64,000 bases of DNA from a virus (taxonomy: Duplodnaviria > Caudoviricetes). Numbering within the stretch: the first letter of the stretch is position 1; every line of letters starts with the position of its first letter. The notes under the pieces were generated by a model, which saw only the letters and a list, made by a program, of their open reading frames with translations, searched no databases and was not told the DNA's origin. Below are positions 54,997 through 64,000 of this stretch, one piece after another. The stretch is from the IMG/VR virus record IMGVR_UViG_645044602_000001, positions 1-64,000 of that record. One strand, 5' to 3'. The position numbers and the translations under genes were made by a program.

Positions 54997-56355
54997 TTAG
55001 CTTCCAAGGCTATTGTTCTGACGCACTGCCAGAAGGACTTCGTTGATCTCATTGTTGGTGAACTGACTTGGAGCAATAAGCCCTTCATCCAGAGTTTTCT
55101 GAGTGACCCAAGCATCAGAGAACATCTTTGCCACTTTGTGCTGTGCATCCTTGATGAAGCTGTCGATCTGCTGATCGTACAGGTCTTTCTGTTTTCCAAC
55201 CGAACCTTCAACAGTCGAACCATCTGAACGAGTATCGAGAGTTTTCGACCGTTCAGCTTCTGACTGTTCAATGGTCAGAGTAATCTGTTCACCCAGCAAC
55301 TGAAGCTGACGAGGCAGAGTGTTGTTGAGGTTGTAGTCTTTGATGTTGGCATCAGACGTAAGGTTACGCTTCTGAAGACCAACCACACCAGAAACTGGAG
55401 TGAGACCATCACGACGAGTATCCAGAGTGTTTGCACGCTGAGTTTCGATCTGCTCTCGAATAAGGTCAGTTTCAGCAGGTTGACGCTGGTTCAGAATGTG
55501 CTGCTGCTGTGCCAGTTCAACTGGTTGCAGCATATCACGCTTGAAATCTTCCATGTCAGCCTGAGTCGGAATAATCCGATCACGTTGCAGCTTCTGGATA
55601 TCTTCTTCCAGAGGCTGAAGAACACGGTTCTGGAACTCAGCAATAGCTGCTTGAGCAGGAAGGATACGATCCACCTGCACATTGTTCATAGCCACCGTAG
55701 ACGGCATCACAGCAGTACGTTCGTAATGCGTGATAGCCAGATCAGCAGGTTGCTGATAATTCCGCTGGAACTGCTTGATAGCGACATCAGCAGTAACTGC
55801 ATCATGGTTTGCCTCTTCTGTCGCAATTTGCATCTTTGTAAGAGCATATTGAGCAGCCGTGAGATTCAATTGGAAGTTGGCATTCGCAGCTTCAATCTTG
55901 GTTTGCTCAAGACGAATCAGAGCTTCAGTTGCCTGAATCTCAGCAATACGAGCCTGCATCTGTGCAGTGATAGCCTGCCAACGAGCTTGGTCTTTTTGAA
56001 GAGTGAAACCAACAGCTTGAGCCATGACTTGATTGGCTACAGCAGTATAGACTTCAGCATACTGAGAACCAGTAATTCGATTCCCTTTGAATTCGCGCTC
56101 AAGGTGCTTGTCCATGGCAGTCATGAACACGTCAAATGCACCTGTACCTCCAAGGGTTTTATCCCCTAGAGTCACTTCAGCAATCGTAGCACCAATGACA
56201 TTCTGATACAGAGCAGAGGTGGTATCCGGGGTGAAGTTGTACTTCGGATCAGTAAAGTCAGGAGACGGGGGAATATTCACCCCCGTCGTAAGAGCAGTGA
56301 ACAGACTGTTCGCCAATCCAGACGAATTGTCAGAGTTTACGAATTCATTGGACAT
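54997..56355 (-). CDS. Virion structural protein (N4 gp54-like)
   Basis: G.G.FD..M......L..EF...RITG..YA and GSVGKQKDLY.QQI.SF...DAW.TQKT.DEG. Confidence 0.85.
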   Translation of the reverse strand: MSNEFVNSDNSSGLANSLFTALTTGVNIPPSPDFTDPKYNFTPDTTSALYQNVIGATIAEVTLGDKTLGGTGAFDVFMTAMDKHLEREFKGNRITGSQYAEVYTAVANQVMAQAVGFTLQKDQARWQAITAQMQARIAEIQATEALIRLEQTKIEAANANFQLNLTAAQYALTKMQIATEEANHDAVTADVAIKQFQRNYQQPADLAITHYERTAVMPSTVAMNNVQVDRILPAQAAIAEFQNRVLQPLEEDIQKLQRDRIIPTQADMEDFKRDMLQPVELAQQQHILNQRQPAETDLIREQIETQRANTLDTRRDGLTPVSGVVGLQKRNLTSDANIKDYNLNNTLPRQLQLLGEQITLTIEQSEAERSKTLDTRSDGSTVEGSVGKQKDLYDQQIDSFIKDAQHKVAKMFSDAWVTQKTLDEGLIAPSQFTNNEINEVLLAVRQNNSLGS

Positions 56356-56392
56356 TGCTCTCTCCTTTTTACTTCACCCCGGTATAGACCAA

Positions 56393-57142
56393 TTACTCGT
56401 GAGCGTCGATAGCCCCACGAGCCTTCTGATCTTGAGCAAGACCTGCAATCTCTTCTTTCGTCAGAGGAGGCAGCATCTCGATGTTGAACTTGGGCATGAG
56501 AACAGTTTTGTATTGCTTCACACCAAAACTCGATACTTGTCCACGTTGCTTCACTTCTTTCCGCATCGTGTACTTCTCTTCACGAAGAGCATTCAGCAGG
56601 ATCTCAGGAATATGGTAGCCATATTCATTCTCTTCACCATACGGAATGTACTTCGACACCTTGCCACAATACTTGTTGTACACGGTCTTGATAGCACCGG
56701 GAACAGCAGAGTCTTGAGGATCAAGATTGTGAACTCGAACACGATGCAGTCGCATTGCCTTTGCACGAACGATAGCACGCTTTTCAACTTCAGTCAGACC
56801 GGGAGTTGAAGGATTCAGTTCTGCTTGTGCAGTACGAGGAAGATCCAGCACAGACTTCTTCGTTTTCGAAGGTTCTGTTTTTGGTTCACTCTGCTTGGCA
56901 GCCAGTGCAGCCATCAGAATTGGATCCGTTTGTTCGTCGTCTTCATCGGGATCAGTCGTAGGTTGATTATCAACCTTTTCCAGCAGAATCGGAATCAGCT
57001 TCTCTTTCAGAGTGCCGACACCAGTATTACCGGAGAATGGAACTTCCAGTTCATTGGCCACAAACCGAAGCACTTCTTTGTCTTCAGTCGATTCAACAAG
57101 AGCCAGCAGTTCTTCGGGGGTTTTTTTGGTGACATCATCCAT
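56393..57142 (-). CDS. N4 gp55-like protein
   Basis: A.RL.RVR..N.DP, N.Y.G.V.KYIP and LPPLT..E...LA..Q; synteny. Confidence 0.8.
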   Translation of the reverse strand: MDDVTKKTPEELLALVESTEDKEVLRFVANELEVPFSGNTGVGTLKEKLIPILLEKVDNQPTTDPDEDDEQTDPILMAALAAKQSEPKTEPSKTKKSVLDLPRTAQAELNPSTPGLTEVEKRAIVRAKAMRLHRVRVHNLDPQDSAVPGAIKTVYNKYCGKVSKYIPYGEENEYGYHIPEILLNALREEKYTMRKEVKQRGQVSSFGVKQYKTVLMPKFNIEMLPPLTKEEIAGLAQDQKARGAIDAHE

Positions 57143-57210
57143 TGGGTTTATCCTTTTGAGTTACCATGGTGTTGTTCGCTTAACACAGCCTAAAAACCAA
57201 CACAAGAAAT

Positions 57211-57236
57211 GAAAAGGGAGGCCGAAGCCCCCCTCT
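57211..57236 (-). terminator. Terminator after major capsid gene
   Basis: Minus strand GAGGGGGGCTTCGGCCTCCCTTTT. Confidence 0.8.
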
Positions 57237-57256
57237 CCTTACTTATTGTCCTGAGA

Positions 57257-58705
57257 TCACTCAGGGATGGGGCTGTAAGCCACGGCCATACGTTCCCCAC
57301 GCAGCTTGATAAAGCCGTAGAAGAACTTGATCGAGGAGAACCCGATCTTGCCGTATGGGTCAGTCCGGTCAGCAGTGGACTCACCCGGCTTCTTCACGAT
57401 GATACGGAACTTCGCTTTGCCCGTACCAGTCATGCCTTGCAGACCAATCGTAGCAAACGCTTCGTTACCGATGACCAGAAGCGGAGCAACGTCATAGCGA
57501 CCACCAGTTGCCTGATAACCACCATTGGTGCCTTCAGGAGCACCAACACCCTGCCAACGCATCATCTGCGGAACTACAACGATCCGGAGGTGAGCAGTCG
57601 GGATAGCACCGATCTCACCATTCATGATGGTTGCAGCATCCGCATACTTCTCAACTGGCACGAAATCAGCCCAGTCACTGATCATGATCTGGAGTTCCGA
57701 ACCAATGTAAGCGATACGCGAAGCCGAGATCACACGAGTATCCGTCATGCGGCTACCCTTGATGATCGTGGTCTTCTTGGGCGTCCGGTTGTCATCAAGG
57801 ATGACCGACAGACGCTTCAGATCGCCAACATCCAGAGCCGTGACTGCACCAGAAGCACCCGAGATAGTGGCGATAGAAGTAGCCACACCCGGATAGATCT
57901 TCACGTCAGCCGCGTTCAGAAGGTCAGCCTGAAGCAGATCCTCATAGATCTCGTTCGCACCACGCAGCATTTCACGAGACAGATGCCCGTAAAGCTCCGA
58001 GTCCGTATCGAACATCAGCGAGTCTTCAGTCCACTCCATGAAGAAGCCGTGCTCTTGGATTTCACCCTTCCGTTCCAGACGGGTAAAGCCCACACGGTTC
58101 ACACGACCACCTTGCTCAGTGAGCGTCGGCATCTTGCCCAGAATCGTACCAACGTCACGCGAACCACCATACAGCGAACCGTTGTTCTCCTGCTTCACAC
58201 CTGCACCAGCAGCAGTGATAGCAGCATTAGCATCGGCTTCGTTGGCATAGTGAACCACACTGTCAGTCAGCGTAATCAGAGCCAGACCCGTACCACCTGA
58301 ACCATCAGCACCAGCAGTTGCCACAACTTCAGCCGTACCCGTTGCCGAGTTGACGTTATTGTTAATGGCAGCAACCGCAGCAGCTTTCGAAACGTTCGCA
58401 ACACGAACACCCGTCACAGGATAGGTGACAGTGAAAGTACCGGGGACACGAGCCACACCATTGGCGTCGATACCTTGGTCGTTCACGTTCAGATCATCCA
58501 GCAGCGGGACGTAGTAGAACACTTTCAGTTCCTTACCGAAGTTTTTCGGCATGGACTTGGCGTCAGCCAGCGGAGAGAAATACATCTCTTCGGCAGCATC
58601 CATCAGGGACTTTCGATCCCAGTAATGGGTATTGAACTGGGGACCAATCGAAGATTGGCCTGAACCCGGATCACCCACTTTCGGTGCATTGTAAATCTGA
58701 GTCAT
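57257..58705 (-). CDS. Major capsid protein (N4 gp56 family)
   Basis: MPKNFGK.LK...YVPLLDD.N.NDQGIDA.G, GGRVNRVGF.R and DPYG..GFSSIK. Confidence 0.96.
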   Translation of the reverse strand: MTQIYNAPKVGDPGSGQSSIGPQFNTHYWDRKSLMDAAEEMYFSPLADAKSMPKNFGKELKVFYYVPLLDDLNVNDQGIDANGVARVPGTFTVTYPVTGVRVANVSKAAAVAAINNNVNSATGTAEVVATAGADGSGGTGLALITLTDSVVHYANEADANAAITAAGAGVKQENNGSLYGGSRDVGTILGKMPTLTEQGGRVNRVGFTRLERKGEIQEHGFFMEWTEDSLMFDTDSELYGHLSREMLRGANEIYEDLLQADLLNAADVKIYPGVATSIATISGASGAVTALDVGDLKRLSVILDDNRTPKKTTIIKGSRMTDTRVISASRIAYIGSELQIMISDWADFVPVEKYADAATIMNGEIGAIPTAHLRIVVVPQMMRWQGVGAPEGTNGGYQATGGRYDVAPLLVIGNEAFATIGLQGMTGTGKAKFRIIVKKPGESTADRTDPYGKIGFSSIKFFYGFIKLRGERMAVAYSPIPE

Positions 58706-58736
58706 GGTTTTTTCCTTTCAGTCTCAGAGTTTCTCA

Positions 58737-60068
58737 TCATTCGGGAGGAGGGAGTTTTGCAAAGTCCTCATCCGACAATTTATCGAAATCAACGGCAGGT
58801 TTTCCTGTGTTACCCGTTTGTTTCGAAGGAGGAGTCGAAGAAAGATGTGGATTGGCAGCAGGTTTCTTCGTTGCCTGCGGCTTCCTCGCTCCCGATGCAA
58901 GCGGTTCACTCTGAGGTTGGACACCACGAATGGGGGCCATCTGAGTTCCACCTTTAGCGGGATTCACAGAATTGAAAACACCAGCGTTTTTCATCGCCTC
59001 ACCAACCTGATCAAATGCCTGAAGGAAGGGGACTCCTTGCAAGTATCCAAGAGATTGTTGGTATCTCAATTCTTCAACTACCTTATCGTACACCCCACTC
59101 GCCTTGAAGCCTTGAAGAGTGCCGATAAGACTCGGATCTTCGCGGAGACGGGCTTTGGACTTTGGATCCCAGTCACGATGAATGTGGCTGACCAGCGCCT
59201 GTCCCTCAGGAGTAGTCAATGCCATGTCCAACGCATCCCGGAAGTCATTATCCTGTGGGTTGCCCTGATAGTTCTTTGCCTGATAACCCGAATCTTTTTC
59301 GATATCAAGATCCATTGGGTCAATTTTGTGACTTTTTAGCAACTGGGTAATTGCACCTTTGTCACCTTTCGAAAGATCAATGAGAAAGTTCAGTTGATCT
59401 GCTTTGTCCAAACCATGATCCTGAAGCATTCGATTCAGTTGCTTCATTGGTTTGATCTCTTGCATTCGACGTGAATAATTCACGCCTTGTTGCATGAGTC
59501 GAATCGCATCTTCAGGTGAACGAACATGGAAATCTTTTCCATCAGCCTTAAAAGGCGTGGTAACACGTTTGAAGAAACCAATGGCTTCATCAACTTGTGC
59601 AGTCTCCATTCCATCCGGAAGTTTGTAGTACCCAGCTTTGGCAGGTGTTTCCTTACCTTTGGTTACTCCATCGTCTCCGGTTTTGGCTTTGTCGTCAGCC
59701 TTCCCTTCTTCTTCGGCGTTTGCAACGGGCTGCTTATCACCTTTCGAGGTATCATCTTCGGTTGCTGATTTGCCTTCACCACCCATGGGGTTTTGACCTT
59801 CAGCACCTTCTTCTTCTTCCTCGACAGTGGTGCCGGAAACAGGATCATCGTCGGACTCATCAGACTCACCACCGTCAGGAGGTGTGTCAGAACCGTCAGT
59901 GCTTTGGGGAACAGAGTCATGATTCGAGACTTGGACTGCTTCATCGAGAACTCCATTGGTGAGGGTTGATTGACCAGCAGGTGCATCACCTGAAAAATCA
60001 GACTCATCCAACTTCAGAAAGTCTTCATCACTCATGTTGTCAAAATCGACTTTGGTTTTCGGTGCCAT
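58737..60068 (-). CDS. N4 gp57-like protein (often annotated tape measure/scaffold)
   Basis: Acidic N-terminus; PFKADG....LMQ.G.NY; DFD.(M/L)SDEDF at both termini; GGAG RBS before ATG 60068. Confidence 0.85.
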   Translation of the reverse strand: MAPKTKVDFDNMSDEDFLKLDESDFSGDAPAGQSTLTNGVLDEAVQVSNHDSVPQSTDGSDTPPDGGESDESDDDPVSGTTVEEEEEGAEGQNPMGGEGKSATEDDTSKGDKQPVANAEEEGKADDKAKTGDDGVTKGKETPAKAGYYKLPDGMETAQVDEAIGFFKRVTTPFKADGKDFHVRSPEDAIRLMQQGVNYSRRMQEIKPMKQLNRMLQDHGLDKADQLNFLIDLSKGDKGAITQLLKSHKIDPMDLDIEKDSGYQAKNYQGNPQDNDFRDALDMALTTPEGQALVSHIHRDWDPKSKARLREDPSLIGTLQGFKASGVYDKVVEELRYQQSLGYLQGVPFLQAFDQVGEAMKNAGVFNSVNPAKGGTQMAPIRGVQPQSEPLASGARKPQATKKPAANPHLSSTPPSKQTGNTGKPAVDFDKLSDEDFAKLPPPE

Positions 60069-60102
60069 GATATTCTCCATCATTGGGCTACAGTAGATGT
60101 GG

Positions 60103-60130
60103 CAAAAGCCGGGAATTATTCCCCGGCTTC
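60103..60130 (-). terminator. Terminator-like hairpin at end of gp58-like gene
   Basis: Minus strand AAGCCGGGGAATAATTCCCGGCTTTT. Confidence 0.6.
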
Positions 60131-60499
60131 AGCTTTGATTGCAAGATCACGAGCTTCTTCCAGACTCAGAAGTTCATCTTTGGCCATATTGCCTTGTTCG
60201 ATGATGTTCTTCATGTAGTTCCGGAATTCAGCAACAGCCCCAATGCTTTTGGCACAATCATTGAAAGTCTTTTCAGTGACACGACCAGAAGCCATCAGTT
60301 CAGCATATCGCTGAGGTTCGTCAACAAAGTAACCAGTCATCACCAGCAACTTGAAATCATCATTCTCAGCCAGACGCTTTGCAGCTTCATACTTCGAAAT
60401 GATGTCAGCGAAATGAAGTTTCGCTTCTTCATATTGCTCATGAGTCAGTTCAATGAACTCAGGTTCTTCGGTTCCCATAGACGCATTGTACAGATCCAT
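60116..60499 (-). CDS. N4 gp58-like protein
   Basis: A..RL..N.DFK.LV..GYF.DE; synteny between portal and gp57. Confidence 0.8.
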   Translation of the reverse strand: MDLYNASMGTEEPEFIELTHEQYEEAKLHFADIISKYEAAKRLAENDDFKLLVMTGYFVDEPQRYAELMASGRVTEKTFNDCAKSIGAVAEFRNYMKNIIEQGNMAKDELLSLEEARDLAIKAEAGE

Positions 60500-60552
60500 T
60501 TGGTTCCTCTCAGCAATTGACTAGGAGCCTGACTTTCAGGCTCCCTTCAGTC

Positions 60553-62964
60553 TTACTGAGTGCTCAATGGACCAATTGGAAGTCTTTGTCCAGAGAGTTG
60601 TGGTGGAACCATCGAAGGATCAGAGAAACCAGAACCCAAAGCAGGAGCACCTTGAGGACCAGTTCCCGGAGCAGCACCCGTTGCAATTGGCTTAGGCATA
60701 TTCACAGGAGCCATGGTCTGACGGTTATTCTCCATGTCTGTCAGCTTGTTATAGCCAACAGCAGCTTCGATGTTTTGAGGAGGAGTTTCTCCAGCCAGCA
60801 GAGCCTTGGTAACTTCCAGACTCCGGTTGCCAGCAGCTTGAGCACCCATCTTCTCAACTTCGCGTTCATGCTTCATGCCAGACATCATTTCATCAGTTTC
60901 TTCCAGCAGTTTAGCCGCACGAGCACGAGCTTCTTCAGCACGAGCCTGATTGAGTTCAATCTCGGTTTGAGCTTTCTGAAGTTCAGCTTCTTTCAGAGCA
61001 ACTTCCAGCGGATCAGGCTGAGGCTGGTACGAACGGATTTGTTCAGCCAGATCAGGCATACGCTTGAGGTCTGCGATTTTACCCAGCACGATCTTACGCA
61101 GGTTCGGATCCATATCCGGACCAACAGTTTGCAGAACCATACCAAGATCATTGGCTTTCTGTTCGTCAACTGAAGCAGTCGAAATATCAACTTTGAGATC
61201 GAAGTTTCCTTCCAGTTCTGCACGAGAAACTTCCACAAACTCACGGTTTGTGACTCGGATGATTTCCTTTTCGCTCAAGAACTTACCGTTCATGGCAATC
61301 ATTTTCATTCCGATGTCTTGAATACCTTTCGCCAAACGACGAAGGATACTCATTTCACGTTGAGCAGCAGAATCCAAAGCACCACGAATACCTGTAGCCA
61401 CACGACCATAAGCATCTCCAGTGATACCCCCAGAGAACGACTTCACACCAGTCAGTGCTTCAGCTTCAGCATTCTGCCATTGAATCGTTTCATGAGCAGA
61501 ACGAGGAATCTCAGGGTATTCCATCTGACGGATGTTAGCTTTTGGATCACCATTTGGGTTGAACTCAAAGTCTTCACCATTGGTGAATCGACGCTTGTTC
61601 ACAGGATCAAGGAAACCTTTAGCATAACCAGTCTGTGCGTTTGCAGATCGACCCATGAGATCAATTACACCACGAGTCACAGCACCAATGATACGCTGAT
61701 TGTCTTGAAGCAGCGAAGCATCAGCTTCACCAAAAACTGACTTCAAAATCGGCATATATGGAACGATGACAAATGGAGGACGCTTGTCAGGGAAAGGGTT
61801 TTCCCGCATTTCAATAATGGTTTCACCAACCCAAGTCACAACGATGGGAACCATGACACCATTATTGTAGATGTCATAGAGACCCCAGTATTCATAGACC
61901 AGTACCTTCTGCTTATCAGCAGAACCAGTACCTGAAGTACGCATGTCATTGTTTGGCGTTTTGCTTTCATGATCTGGGTTGCCATGGTTCGATTGAATCT
62001 TTGCAGATTCCCAATTCACCTGATCCAGATTTTGGTAATAGTCTTTCTTCGCCTTCAATTCAGAAGGCGTAGCTTCGTAAGTGTAGATCATATACTGGGC
62101 TTTTTCCCATTCACCTTCACATGAAGGATCCACAAATAGGTTTGCCACATTGATGATTCGAACCGATGGGCAATTTTTCACCATACGTTCTTCAATGGTT
62201 TCAATCACACCATCAGGTTCAGCTTTCACAAGCTGTTGCATCTCTACTGACATTTCAGCAGAGGCTTTCAGACTTTCAGGAAGTGATTCCCAATCAGCAA
62301 CTTCAGCCTGCATCATCTGCATGGCTGATTGAATCATTTGAGCTTCTTGCTCATCTTGAACCGGGAAATAATTGAAGTTCGTAGTCTCAACTTTTTCAGT
62401 TCGATACTCTTGTTCCCAACCAACACGAACCACCACAGAACCTTTATCGACAGCAGTACGAACGTACCGATCAATAAAGTCCACCTTGTTGATCTTCGTA
62501 TCCCACTGCCAGTTCAGGACAACTTGGTTCTGTTCAGCCTTCGGACCATCTTCATGAGTCCGAGGGAGAACTTGGAACATACGATCTGTATTCAGAAAAG
62601 GCTCTGTCAGAGCAGGGTAACGCCATTCATTGTGCTTCCGAATAAGTTTCGGCTGCACAGCAGATCGTCCTGCTTTGGCTTTCTTTGGTGCTTCTGCACC
62701 AGTAGCATTTCGCAGATCGAGCCAACCACTGACGTTTGATTTTTGGTCATCAGTTTCTTGACGAGCAAATTCCAGATCCTGACGAAGATCTTCCAGAGTC
62801 GGTTCTTTTTCCCATTCAGTCAGCTTGTTACCAACGACTTCTTCTTTCTGGGTTTCTTCCAATACTTCATCAAGGTTGTCTGGATCGACACCCTTGTTGG
62901 AAGCACTCTCGTTACGGTTATCCGACTGGATTTTATATTCGTCATTCATTTGCATCGGGATCAC
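60553..62964 (-). CDS. Portal protein (N4 gp59 family; start may be ATG 62955)
   Basis: LT.W..EP, QPKLIRK..EWRY..L.EPFL, ENPFPD...PFV and EAE.LTGVK.F.GG. Confidence 0.95.
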   Translation of the reverse strand: MIPMQMNDEYKIQSDNRNESASNKGVDPDNLDEVLEETQKEEVVGNKLTEWEKEPTLEDLRQDLEFARQETDDQKSNVSGWLDLRNATGAEAPKKAKAGRSAVQPKLIRKHNEWRYPALTEPFLNTDRMFQVLPRTHEDGPKAEQNQVVLNWQWDTKINKVDFIDRYVRTAVDKGSVVVRVGWEQEYRTEKVETTNFNYFPVQDEQEAQMIQSAMQMMQAEVADWESLPESLKASAEMSVEMQQLVKAEPDGVIETIEERMVKNCPSVRIINVANLFVDPSCEGEWEKAQYMIYTYEATPSELKAKKDYYQNLDQVNWESAKIQSNHGNPDHESKTPNNDMRTSGTGSADKQKVLVYEYWGLYDIYNNGVMVPIVVTWVGETIIEMRENPFPDKRPPFVIVPYMPILKSVFGEADASLLQDNQRIIGAVTRGVIDLMGRSANAQTGYAKGFLDPVNKRRFTNGEDFEFNPNGDPKANIRQMEYPEIPRSAHETIQWQNAEAEALTGVKSFSGGITGDAYGRVATGIRGALDSAAQREMSILRRLAKGIQDIGMKMIAMNGKFLSEKEIIRVTNREFVEVSRAELEGNFDLKVDISTASVDEQKANDLGMVLQTVGPDMDPNLRKIVLGKIADLKRMPDLAEQIRSYQPQPDPLEVALKEAELQKAQTEIELNQARAEEARARAAKLLEETDEMMSGMKHEREVEKMGAQAAGNRSLEVTKALLAGETPPQNIEAAVGYNKLTDMENNRQTMAPVNMPKPIATGAAPGTGPQGAPALGSGFSDPSMVPPQLSGQRLPIGPLSTQ

Positions 62965-63251
62965 CTCAAGATTTTCGAGAGTTGTTCATAACCCTGTACA
63001 GCAATATCTTTTTCTTGACCACACTCAATCAGAGCATCGCCAAGACGACCCATACGGATTTCATCTGAACCAACAGAAGTACCATTCACGCCTCGAATGA
63101 CATCTGAAGGATGAGGACAAGGTGCTGAGACATTCTCAGGGAGAGGTTGTACTCGGACCCCATCTGCGCTCCAGCCGCTGCAACCCACCAGTAGTAGCAA
63201 CACCGGGGCCAGCAGAACCTTCGGCAGTAAGTGCTTGGTTCTCAAGTTCAT
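62961..63251 (-). CDS. o-spanin (Rz1-like lipoprotein)
   Basis: LLLLVG-C lipobox; Pro-rich; two further Cys; overlaps the i-spanin frame. Confidence 0.75.
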   Translation of the reverse strand: MNLRTKHLLPKVLLAPVLLLLVGCSGWSADGVRVQPLPENVSAPCPHPSDVIRGVNGTSVGSDEIRMGRLGDALIECGQEKDIAVQGYEQLSKILR

Positions 63252-63463
63252 TGATCAAACCCTCTTTTTCACGATTCAGTCTCAAGGATCTCGGCGTTCC
63301 TTACGCTAAGAGATTCATTCAAATCAAGAAGTTCATTCTGAAGTTCCAGACGATCTTCTTCATATTTCTCAATCTGATTGACCGTACCTTTGTGATACCC
63401 ATAAGCAAAAGCCCCCCCAAGGAGGGCTACTGTTGCTGCAAGAATGATTAGATTACGCTGCAT
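63136..63463 (-). CDS. i-spanin (Rz-like), apparent frameshift near 63285
   Basis: N-terminal TM plus coiled coil; continues in the shifted frame as LNREKEGLINELENQALTAEG...GPSTTSP*. Confidence 0.7.
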
Positions 63464-63995
63464 GTCGATTCACCATTCGATTACGAAGCTCATCCCCAAC
63501 CTTTCGTGCATCACGAGCACGAGTGTCACCGGGAAGAACTTTGTAGTCCCATTTGAAACGCTGACGAACACCAAGAGTCTGTTCTACTTCAGCATGACTC
63601 AGAGTCGTCCATGGTGATACTGGAATGTCATATTCCTTGCAGAGATCCATAGTCCAATCGAGCATGGCATCAATGCCTTCCCAAGTGAGAGGATTGGTTC
63701 CCCAATTCAAAGGTGATTCAATAGCTCCAGCCATAGCATCGACAGACAAACCAAGCCAACCAGTATTCATAGACTTGGTATGTGACGCACCCACTCCGGA
63801 ACGTACATCGTAATTGACCTGATCCTGTACTGAGTGATTGCCATCGTATACATTACCCATACGGTCAAACAGCCAATTGTAGTGATCACGTTCAAGGTCA
63901 ATAATGCCATGAGCACCAGCAGTCCAATGCCACACAATCCCACGAACTCCCCGAGTGAACAGTTGCTTTGCATCTCGAACTCCCTTGATTTTCAT
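63453..63995 (-). CDS. Endolysin, N-acetylmuramoyl-L-alanine amidase (Amidase_2 type)
   Basis: WHWTAG, HY...D..G, HT...N...LG.S, SHAEV and KWD; upstream of the spanins. Confidence 0.88.
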   Translation of the reverse strand: MKIKGVRDAKQLFTRGVRGIVWHWTAGAHGIIDLERDHYNWLFDRMGNVYDGNHSVQDQVNYDVRSGVGASHTKSMNTGWLGLSVDAMAGAIESPLNWGTNPLTWEGIDAMLDWTMDLCKEYDIPVSPWTTLSHAEVEQTLGVRQRFKWDYKVLPGDTRARDARKVGDELRNRMVNRHAA

Positions 63996-64000
63996 GGCTT

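Noticed and set aside
57209-58300. 363-aa + strand ORF and other long antisense ORFs (e.g. 21138..21929, 55480..56169)
   Set aside because: Shadow ORFs opposite well-supported genes, with no RBS or motifs.
1-64000. CRISPR array, integrase, transposon or rRNA
   Set aside because: No repeat-spacer array, recombinase, transposase or rRNA sequence was seen.

Overview
This window is most of an N4-like (Schitoviridae) podophage genome, apparently starting at the left genome end. The host is probably an alphaproteobacterium (Roseobacter-type gene set with class II RNR, thioredoxin and ThyX, plus an alpha-type LexA box). The + strand carries early genes driven by three vRNAP hairpin promoters, the two-subunit RNAP II, a MoxR/vWA pair, nucleotide metabolism genes, rIIA/rIIB and the replication module. 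The - strand carries a 3785-aa virion RNA polymerase, ejection and structural proteins, major capsid, portal, spanins and an amidase endolysin. Main findings: (1) three extra domains inserted in the injected vRNAP (ADP-ribosyltransferase-like, an unknown AT-rich domain, an HExxH metallopeptidase); (2) a host SOS (LexA) box heading an HNH-lipoprotein-Macro-SLOG-RNR block; (3) an Acb2/Tad1-like candidate sponge coupled to a metallophosphoesterase; (4) two atypical tRNA-like elements and an unexplained structured RNA; (5) two HNH genes that each sit between duplicated, recoded copies of the 3' end of the gene they follow. Several apparent single-base indels suggest uncorrected sequencing errors. 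All family calls come from motif recognition by eye; no database searches were run.
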